This document shows, one piece after another, positions 1 through 6,861 of a stretch of 32,000 nt of DNA; within the stretch, counting starts at the first letter, position 1, and every line of letters begins with the position of its first letter. Under the pieces are notes generated by a model. The model searched no databases and was not told the DNA's origin. It saw nothing but the letters and a program-made list of their open reading frames with translations. Both the position numbers and the translations under genes were made by a program. The DNA comes from Fibrobacter succinogenes subsp. succinogenes S85 (GTDB lineage Bacteria > Fibrobacterota > Fibrobacteria > Fibrobacterales > Fibrobacteraceae): NCBI RefSeq assembly GCF_000146505.1, contig NC_017448.1, positions 150,001-182,000 of the forward strand. Direction: 5' to 3'.

Positions 1-1835
1 TTATACTGCCAGGCTAGATCCGTTTGCATATTGAACCAATTGGCATCGTATTTAACGATACCCTGTTTCCAGCCGATTGCGTCGGGAAGCAGGCTGATAG
101 AAGCGGTTCCGTCGTCTTGCGATACATCGCCAAGATTTGCAATCATGTCCGCAATGCAGTCTTCGATAGCGTTGAGCCATTCCGTTTCGCTAAGTCCGTA
201 TTCCGTTGTCGCTTTGGTCTTATCAGCAAGAATCAGCTTATACAAGGCGTACGTTGCAAAAGCGTAGGAATTGGCCCAGCTGGTGTTCTTTGCGTTTTTG
301 AAGAATCCCTTGTCATTTGTGGCAAACCAGCCTCCTTCAAAAAATCCTGCACCGTTTCCGAGTTGTTGGTCTGCGACCAAGTCTTTGGAGCGGAGTGCAT
401 CGTCGGCATATACCGTCTTGCCTGTAGCATACAGGAGAGCGACAGAGGCGAGAGCTAAGTCGTCATAGAACTCATTGTTGCCGTTGTAGGCGGGAGTGGA
501 CCAACTTGCTGCGCGCTTATTGTATTTGAACAATTTGCCGTCGCCATAGGATGATTTTCCTTGGGCAAGAGACTTCGCAAAGTCGTACATTTCTTCGGCA
601 ATTTTTAAGCAGGTTTCGGCGTATGCTTTGTCGTAAACGGCATATTGCTTACCCATAATGGCAAGGCCTGCTGCAATCATGCCAGAGATGTTGGAACCAA
701 GTTCTCCCAAGCGCAAATCGCGCTCGCTTGCGTTTCCTCGACGAATTGCGGACAAAGTATCCTGTTCTTCGGGCTTGCCCCAATAGCCATGATCAGCGCC
801 GAAGTTACCGACGGATACGACCATGTTGTCGATGATGCCGTTGGCGAAGTTGTAGGATCGGATAAAGAAGTCCGCGCCATGCTTTGCTTCGCGGAGAATA
901 TCCGGAATGCCGTCTGTATTTACGGTTTCACTTTGATTATAGGCGTAATGGTCTTTGTCCTTGGATTCGTTTGTTGCGGCCATGATGGCAAGACTCATGA
1001 ACGCATACGACATGGTCATCGATTCCTTGAGATGGTCTCCGCAATCGTACCAGCCGCCTTGCAGAGCGCCTTCCTGCGGAGTGAACTCGGAAACTTCCTC
1101 GTCGTCGTACGTGAATTTACCGCTGCCATCTTTGGTGTGGCTCTTGTCGTGGAACCAGGATTCGGATTCCCCGCTACGCTGGATGCCAAAGAATTTTAGG
1201 CTTGCGTCACGCACCATGGAATAGACTTTGTCGCTTACGATGAATGTACTCGAGATTTCATCGCCGATTTTAATGCGAAGGCGTTTGTCAGTTGGGACGC
1301 TTTGTGGTATTTTTCCCGCTTTGAGAACGCCTGTGGACCCCGCAAAAGAAACCGTATAGCGATCGCGGCTTAAAGTAAGAGCATTCGTTTGAGCTTTAAT
1401 TGTCCAGTCTGATGAGACTTCTGTTGTCTTTGACGTTAAGTCACCTGTGACAGCAGGGGAGAGCGAATTGCCATCTGCATCGACAATTTCGAATTTAGTG
1501 GCTTCGCCGATATAGTAGAATTGCCGTTCCGTGTCCGATGTCAGGTACCCCGCCTGATTGACTCGGATAGGCGAAATATGCGTGTTTAGCGCATCGTAAT
1601 AAGCCTGGTCTAGCGAATCTGGAATAAAGGCGTTCGCCTTGTAAGATTCAGGCTTTTTTTCCTTGGGCAATAAGCCCGTATTTTCTGTATTTGCTAGTTC
1701 GAACTTGTCAAACGCGTCATTATCCCATTTGAGCGGATAGACAGGTCGAATTAAATCGTAAGGTGTTGATTCTGATGCCGATGTGGCTATAGCTGTACCC
1801 AATGCAACCATTCCCAAAACCACATGCTTACGCAT
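1..1835 (-). CDS. Glycoside hydrolase family 9 endoglucanase, N-terminal 611 codons (3' end lies beyond the window start)
   Basis: Absent from the ORF track because no stop lies in the window. Manual reverse translation from ATG 1835-1833 (GGAGG at 1840-1844 on the coding strand) stays open to position 1: MRKHVVLGMVALGTAIATSASE (signal peptide) ... RVNQAGYLTSD (Ig-like N-domain usual in GH9) ... ALQGGWYDCGDHLKESMT (GH9 GGWYDAGDHxK-type signature) ... DDLALASVALLYATG. Plus-strand ORFs 24-458, 645-1199 and 955-1224 are antisense shadows. Confidence 0.85.
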   Translation of the reverse strand, partial: MRKHVVLGMVALGTAIATSASESTPYDLIRPVYPLKWDNDAFDKFELANTENTGLLPKEKKPESYKANAFIPDSLDQAYYDALNTHISPIRVNQAGYLTSDTERQFYYIGEATKFEIVDADGNSLSPAVTGDLTSKTTEVSSDWTIKAQTNALTLSRDRYTVSFAGSTGVLKAGKIPQSVPTDKRLRIKIGDEISSTFIVSDKVYSMVRDASLKFFGIQRSGESESWFHDKSHTKDGSGKFTYDDEEVSEFTPQEGALQGGWYDCGDHLKESMTMSYAFMSLAIMAATNESKDKDHYAYNQSETVNTDGIPDILREAKHGADFFIRSYNFANGIIDNMVVSVGNFGADHGYWGKPEEQDTLSAIRRGNASERDLRLGELGSNISGMIAAGLAIMGKQYAVYDKAYAETCLKIAEEMYDFAKSLAQGKSSYGDGKLFKYNKRAASWSTPAYNGNNEFYDDLALASVALLYATGKTVYADDALRSKDLVADQQLGNGAGFFEGGWFATNDKGFFKNAKNTSWANSYAFATYALYKLILADKTKATTEYGLSETEWLNAIEDCIADMIANLGDVSQDDGTASISLLPDAIGWKQGIVKYDANWFNMQTDLAWQY

Positions 1836-1966
1836 TTTTCCTCCTTTGTTTTGGTCTGTATACGTTAATATACATCTTTTGAATGCAATTTTTGCAATAA
1901 ATTATGTTTTTTATAAATTAATTTTCTATGATACGGCTATGATACGATGGAGCTGTTTCAGTCCAT

Positions 1967-2004
1967 AAAAAACAAAACACCCCGCCACTTTTGGTGACGG
2001 GGCG
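1967..2004 (-). terminator. Rho-independent terminator, probably the ancestral nifJ terminator
   Basis: Hairpin CCCCGCCAC (1980-1988) / GTGACGGGG (1994-2002), one mismatch. On the minus strand it is followed by TGTTTTGTTTTTT. It lies just downstream of the stop codon of the displaced nifJ 3' copy. Confidence 0.6.
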
Positions 2005-2013
2005 TTTTATAAG

Positions 2014-2041
2014 GGAGATGCCCGATCAAGTCGGGCATGAC
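2014..2041 (-). repeat. GTCAT...ATCC hairpin repeat element, copy i
   Basis: Minus-strand reading is GTCATGCCCGACTTGATCGGGCATCTCC, with a perfect 8-bp stem ATGCCCGA/TCGGGCAT (2018-2025 / 2031-2038). Same architecture as 20327-20358 and 25112-25145. Confidence 0.6.
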
Positions 2042-2050
2042 ATGTTCCGA

Positions 2051-2769
2051 TTAGAGGCTAATCAGCCCTTCCGTATCCTTAGACATGGCGTCATAGAAGG
2101 CATAGCGTGCATCGACTTCCTTCTGGAGGTCGTCGGCGAGCTTCTTGGCCACTTCCGGATTGTTACGGGTGAGCTGCTTGTAGCGGTTTTCGGTGTAGAT
2201 GTATTCTGCAACCGGAATCGTCGGCTTCTTGGAGTCGAGGATAAGCGGAGCCTTTCCTTCGGCGGCGAGAGCCGGGTTGTAGCGGAGCAGAGTCCAGTAA
2301 CCGGAATCCACGGCCATCTTCTGGTGCTGAAGCTGGCTGTTGAGATCGAAACCGTGGTTGATGCAGGGGCAGTAGCAGATGATCAGCGACGGACCATTGT
2401 GAGCTTCTGCTTCCTGGAGAACCTTCAGGGCCTGAGCGTCGTTTGCACCGAGGGCGATACGGCCCACGTAAACGTTCTTGTAGCTCATGGCGATAAGGCC
2501 GAGGTCCTTCTTGCCAGCGCGCTTACCAGCGGCAGCGAAGAGGGCGACTGCGCCACGGTTCGTGGCCTTGGAAGCCTGTCCACCGGTGTTGGAGTACACT
2601 TCGGTGTCGAGGACGCAGATGTTCACGTTTTCGCCCGTGGCCCTATGATGACCGTTCGCGCTAGACTCTTGTAAGACACTCCGGTCGGCGCTCACTCTCG
2701 CCTTCGACGACTCGTTATGACGAGTCGCCTACGGCTCACAGCGTGGTCGAGACCACCGTAAACGATATC
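2051..2769 (-). pseudogene. Displaced 3'-terminal fragment of nifJ (last ~205 codons), interrupted by a ~100-nt repeat element
   Basis: 2051-2642 aligns without gaps to 6238-6829 (27 mismatches in 592 nt) and 2743-2769 aligns to 6835-6861 (2 mismatches). The track ORF 2051-2695 translates to the PFOR C-terminus (...GENVNICVLDTEVYSNTGGQ...KDTEGLISL), but its first ~18 residues come from the inserted element. No N-terminal 980 codons and no plausible promoter or RBS. Confidence 0.9.
2643..2742 (+). repeat. ~96-nt intergenic-type repeat element (MITE/REP-like), copy 1, inserted in the nifJ remnant
   Basis: This segment breaks the otherwise collinear nifJ homology. It shares TGAnGACCGTTCGCGC(C)TAGA..., GGCGCTCACTCTCGC, a hairpin at the same position and GCTCACRG with the minus-strand reading of 21275-21370. 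Confidence 0.65.
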
Positions 2770-2999
2770 TTTTGGGCGTTCCCGCACATATATGTGCGGT
2801 CGGGCTATATTTTAGGGGCGGCTGCCTTCGCTTCGCTTGCCACCCGCCTCCTAAAACGGAGCCTTGCTGTGTTCCCTTCGGTCACTCCGCAAGTCTCCGC
2901 CCCAAGGGGTCACTATCCCTAACGCGAATGCTCAAAATGAAATGCATTTTTTCCCTATTTTTGTCATTTTGTGCCATTTTATTTATGTATTTTTAGGCT

Positions 3000-4478
3000 A
3001 TGCTGGAAACGATTTGCCAAAAGACCAATGAATTCATTGCTCAAATGCCCAAGTCTCTTAGGAAAGAATACGGGCAATTTTTTACGAGTGCTGAAACTGC
3101 ATGTTTCATGGCTTCTTTGTTTGACCTGTCTGGCTTAAATAAAAGTGTCTCTATTCTAGATGCTGGCGCCGGGTCAGGAATTTTGGCAATTTCTATAGCA
3201 GAAAGAATTTTGAAACAGGACTCTTCGATAAAAGTAGAAGTCGTCTGCTATGAAAACGACCCTCATGTCTTGCCTTTGCTTAAGTCAAATTTAGACTTGG
3301 TGAAAAAAAAGTACAAGAATTTTTCATTTAAGGTCATTGAAGATAATTACATTATTTCTCAAAGGGATTCCTTCAATGGGAACCTGTTTGCACAAGAGTG
3401 TAAAAAATATGACTTGGTTATCGGAAATCCTCCGTATAAAAAGATTTCCAAGGATGCTCCTGAAGCTTTGGCAATGCCGGTTGTTTGTCATGGAGCTCCC
3501 AATTTGTATTTCTTGTTTGCCTCTATGGGAATATTCAACCTGAAAGAAAATGGGCAAATGGTTTATATCACGCCTCGGTCTTGGACCTCTGGAGCCTATT
3601 TCGAAAATTTCAGAAAATACCTAATTGGAAACACCTCGTTAGAAAGAATCCATTTGTTTGAAAGTCGAACGGATGTATTTGACAAGGAATCTGTTCTGCA
3701 AGAAACGATGATTTTCAAACTAAAAAAGCAAAAAAAACATCCGTCAAAAGTCGTGATTTCGACAACGAACGGAAATGGCGATTTCAGCAGAATTTCTCAT
3801 TTCGATGCACCGTATGATACTGTTGTGTCTCCTTTGACCAACTACGTTTATTTGCCAGCAAACAAGGATAATCTCGAAGTTCTGAAGAAAATAGGATCTT
3901 TTGAAAATACCTTGCCAAGCTTGGGAATGAAGATGAAAACAGGGTTGGTTGTCGATTTCCGAGTTCCTGAATTACTTGAATCGGAAAAATCTGAAAGCAA
4001 TGTTCCACTTTTCTATAGCCGTCATATCAAGGAAGGTAGAGTTTCTTTCCCGGCAGGAATTGAACATGAATTCGTATCCAACGAAAAGCAGAGCCTTTTG
4101 CAAAAGAATAGAAATTATCTTTTTGTAAAACGTTTTACTTCCAAGGAAGAAAGACGGAGACTCCAGAGCGGAATCTACCTAAAGCGGAAATTTCCTGGAT
4201 ATCAATTCATAAGCACGCAAAATAAGATTAACTTCATTGATGGCGAAGAAGAACTTTCTGAGTGCACTGTTTATGGGCTGTATGTTCTGTTCAATTCGAC
4301 CATTTATGACTCCTATTACAGAATTCTGAATGGCTCAACCCAGGTCAATTCAACAGAAGTAAACTCTATGCCTATTCCGAACTTGCTTCAGATTCAAGAA
4401 ATGGGTCGAATGCTTATAAAGAGCAAAGATTTTTCGGAAAAAAACTGTGATGAAATCCTTCAGGAGGCCTGCGCATGA
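3000..4478 (+). CDS. Type II N6-adenine DNA methyltransferase (Eco57I/PstI-like, gamma class)
   Basis: 492 aa. Motifs: GQFFTSAETACFMASLF, motif I LDAGAGSGIL, motif IV VIGNPPYKKI, long C-terminal target-recognition region. Its stop overlaps the start of the endonuclease gene (ATGA at 4475-4478). From memory, the size is similar to M.PstI/M.BsuBI (~500 aa). Confidence 0.85.
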   Translation: MLETICQKTNEFIAQMPKSLRKEYGQFFTSAETACFMASLFDLSGLNKSVSILDAGAGSGILAISIAERILKQDSSIKVEVVCYENDPHVLPLLKSNLDLVKKKYKNFSFKVIEDNYIISQRDSFNGNLFAQECKKYDLVIGNPPYKKISKDAPEALAMPVVCHGAPNLYFLFASMGIFNLKENGQMVYITPRSWTSGAYFENFRKYLIGNTSLERIHLFESRTDVFDKESVLQETMIFKLKKQKKHPSKVVISTTNGNGDFSRISHFDAPYDTVVSPLTNYVYLPANKDNLEVLKKIGSFENTLPSLGMKMKTGLVVDFRVPELLESEKSESNVPLFYSRHIKEGRVSFPAGIEHEFVSNEKQSLLQKNRNYLFVKRFTSKEERRRLQSGIYLKRKFPGYQFISTQNKINFIDGEEELSECTVYGLYVLFNSTIYDSYYRILNGSTQVNSTEVNSMPIPNLLQIQEMGRMLIKSKDFSEKNCDEILQEACA

Positions 4479-5389
4479 GCAATGTTGATAAAATTCGTAA
4501 TATTTTGATTGCGCTAGGCGTTCCCGAGAAACAGCAAAATGACTTGTGCTGTTATGTGTTACTGGTCATGGCAAAAATCTACCCAAAGAGCAAATGGGAA
4601 TGCGCACAGAATGAATGGATTCGTATTCACGATATGATGAGCTACATCAACATGTTCTATCGTGAAACACCCTATGCCGAAAACACTCGTGAAACAGTCC
4701 GTAAAAATGCGTTGCATCATTTTAGGACAGCCGCTTTTGTCGAGGATAATGGCCTGGCGACCAACAGTCCTAATTACCGCTATCGCTTGACAGCCGAATT
4801 TTTGACTGTGCTAAAGAACAAAGGGTCTGAAGAATCCGTAAAGGGATTCTTAAAGAAGCACGAGTCGCTCAAAAGTATTTATTCTTCGAAAAAAGACAAG
4901 CAAAAACAAGCTCTTTCTGTAAATGGTTTGCAGTTGACGCTTTCACCGGGTAAGCATAATAAACTGCAAAAGGCTATTGTTGAAGATTTTGCTCCGAGAT
5001 TCGCTCCGAATGCCAAATGCCTATATGTGGGCGATACGACAGAAAAAGATTTGGTGAAGGATGTTGAGACTCTAAAGAAACTGGGCTTTGCAATTACTCT
5101 GCATGACAAAATGCCTGATGTTGTTTTCTACGATGAGAAGAAGGATTGGCTCTATTTTGTCGAGGCTGTAACATCCGTTGGTCCGATGGATCCGAAAAGA
5201 CTTGTTGAACTTGGTAATTTAACCAAGAATGTTAAGGCGGGGAAGATTTTTGTTACTGCGTTCCTTGATTTCGGAACATACAAAAAGTTTGCTGCAGATT
5301 TGGCTTGGGATACTGAAGTCTGGATTGCAGATATGCCGGAGCATATGATTCACTTGAATGGTGATAAGTTTTTGGGACCAAGAGGATGA
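4475..5389 (+). CDS. Type II restriction endonuclease, BsuBI/PstI family
   Basis: 304 aa. YAENTRETVRKNALHHF, TNSPNYRYRL and the C-terminal PDVVFYDEKKDWLYFVEAVTSVGPMDPKRLVEL match my memory of the BsuBI_PstI_RE family (conserved NTRET...H.F, TNSP, E-V-S-GP motifs). GGAGG at 4463-4467 lies 7 nt upstream of the ATG. Confidence 0.75.
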   Translation: MSNVDKIRNILIALGVPEKQQNDLCCYVLLVMAKIYPKSKWECAQNEWIRIHDMMSYINMFYRETPYAENTRETVRKNALHHFRTAAFVEDNGLATNSPNYRYRLTAEFLTVLKNKGSEESVKGFLKKHESLKSIYSSKKDKQKQALSVNGLQLTLSPGKHNKLQKAIVEDFAPRFAPNAKCLYVGDTTEKDLVKDVETLKKLGFAITLHDKMPDVVFYDEKKDWLYFVEAVTSVGPMDPKRLVELGNLTKNVKAGKIFVTAFLDFGTYKKFAADLAWDTEVWIADMPEHMIHLNGDKFLGPRG

Positions 5390-5445
5390 AATACAAAAGT
5401 GGAAAGTGGGCTTGTGCAATGAACATGGATGAATTAGGACTGGTG

Positions 5446-6135
5446 TCAGTAATAATACATCCACTGAGGGAATATTAAATAATAAGATAACACGTCCTCA
5501 CAATCGTATGTTCCAATTCCTTCCATATTCATCCAAGCTATATCGAATTCGACGGGAATTGTTTTATCTTTTAAAATAAAATAAAACCCATGATCGTCAT
5601 ATATAGTTATATATCGCCGAGATTCCTTCCAATTTTCATCTTCAAAGTTAAAATTCACTAACGAATCTTTATCCCAATGGTCGAAATCATTTACAATAGG
5701 TTGTTGTAATGCTAGAATCATGTTGTCTTTAACCTTCGTATAGCATTCTGCATACTCGTCGCTATCTTCAATTTTTATTTCTTCGCCTGAAAGATGTACT
5801 CTGTATATTTTACGTTCTTTAAGATCGTTCGCATCTAAGCTTATCATTAGCATTGCTGTGACATTGTCTAGGACATTTTTAAATCGCTTTCTTTCCTCAT
5901 TTTCGCGATATAAAAACCAATAACTGTATGATATAAGAAAAGGAATTTTAGTTCCTGTTTCATCCAATACAGTTAATACACCTAAGGGTGTCTGCAATTC
6001 GTTGACAATGGGCCACCCATTTGCCTTGCGAAACTCCAAAATATCAGAATAACTCCAATTTGGGTGCGATTCTTTAAATTTTTGCTCTAATCCCAGCAAA
6101 TTGTCCAGTTTTTTAAGAATTTCATTCGTATCCAT
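5446..6135 (-). CDS. Hypothetical acidic cytoplasmic protein (229 aa), orphan cargo of the R-M islet
   Basis: Open frame 5446-6198. I prefer ATG 6135 (MDTNEILKKLDNLLGL...) because the upstream 21 codons overlap the nifJ terminator hairpin (6190-6215). ~31% GC, no TM segment, no signal peptide, no motif I recognise. Rich in D/E/W/Y. Confidence 0.55.
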   Translation of the reverse strand: MDTNEILKKLDNLLGLEQKFKESHPNWSYSDILEFRKANGWPIVNELQTPLGVLTVLDETGTKIPFLISYSYWFLYRENEERKRFKNVLDNVTAMLMISLDANDLKERKIYRVHLSGEEIKIEDSDEYAECYTKVKDNMILALQQPIVNDFDHWDKDSLVNFNFEDENWKESRRYITIYDDHGFYFILKDKTIPVEFDIAWMNMEGIGTYDCEDVLSYYLIFPQWMYYY

Positions 6136-6181
6136 ATAGACAAATATATAATCGTTAAATGTCAAAGAATGACATATACAA

Positions 6182-6216
6182 CAAAAAACGAGCGGCAAGA
6201 TTTCTCTTGTCGCTCA
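6182..6216 (-). terminator. Rho-independent terminator of the intact nifJ gene (island-borne)
   Basis: Stem GAGCGGCAAG (6190-6199) / CTTGTCGCTC (6206-6215), one mismatch. On the minus strand it is followed by GTTTTTTGT. It lies 22 nt downstream of the nifJ stop. Confidence 0.6.
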
Positions 6217-6237
6217 TTTTAATTAATCGTTAACCGA

Positions 6238-6861
6238 TTACAGACTAATCAACCCTTCCGTATCCTTAGACATGGCGTCATAGAATGCGTAGCGGGCGTC
6301 CACTTCCTTCTGGAGGTCGTCGGCGAGCTTTCTAGCCACTTCCGGATTATTACGGGTGAGCTGCTTGTAGCGGTTTTCGGTGTAGATGTATTCTGCAACC
6401 GGGATCGTCGGCTTCTTGGAGTCGAGAACAAGGGGAGCCTTGCCTTCGGCGGCGAGAGCCGGGTTGTAACGGAGCAGAGTCCAGTAACCGGAATCCACGG
6501 CCATCTTCTGGTGCTGAAGCTGGCTGTTGAGATCGAAACCGTGGTTGATGCAGGGGCAGTAGCAGATGATCAGAGACGGACCATTGTGTGCTTCTGCTTC
6601 CTGGAGAACCTTCAGGGCCTGAGCGTCGTTTGCACCGAGGGCGATTCGGCCCACGTAAACGTTCTTGTAGCTCATGGCGATAAGGCCGAGGTCCTTCTTG
6701 CCAGCGCGCTTACCAGCGGCAGCGAAGAGGGCGACTGCGCCACGGTTCGTGGCCTTGGAGGCCTGTCCACCGGTGTTGGAGTACACTTCGGTATCAAGGA
6801 CGCAGATGTTCACGTTTTCACCAGTTGCCATGACGTGGTCGAGACCACCGTAACCGATGTC
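6238..6861 (-). repeat. Direct repeat copy B: the 3' end of nifJ that completes the functional gene
   Basis: Same orientation as 2051-2769. Gap-free alignment at ~95% identity, apart from the element inserted in copy A. Confidence 0.9.

Larger units (their letters stand above)
2770..6237. mobile_element. AT-rich restriction-modification islet inserted at the 3' end of nifJ, flanked by direct nifJ repeats, no recombinase gene
   Basis: Bounded by the two nifJ 3' copies. Hand-counted GC is 40% (3000-3119) and 31% (5521-5640), against 53% (7021-7080) in nifJ. Cargo is M + R + one orphan ORF. Confidence 0.7.

Noticed and set aside
1991-2674. 227-aa plus-strand ORF and the 214-aa minus-strand ORF 2051-2695
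   Set aside because: The plus ORF is the antisense shadow of the nifJ remnant and starts inside a repeat hairpin (the MPDQVGHD-type peptide). The minus ORF is the truncated PFOR C-terminus whose start lies inside the inserted repeat element. I called it a pseudogene, not a CDS.
2772-2996. 74-aa ORF at the island's left junction
   Set aside because: It is built from GC-rich repeat and palindrome DNA followed by an AT-rich promoter-like stretch. It has no RBS and its composition switches mid-ORF. I also looked here for a controller (C) protein or an integrase remnant and found none.
2770-6237. Integrase, transposase, IS inverted repeats, att-like short direct repeats or a tRNA target for the islet
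   Set aside because: I searched all six frames of the track and the junctions by eye. Only M, R and the orphan ORF are present, and the only flanking repeats are the long nifJ copies. This led to the homology-driven model rather than a site-specific one.
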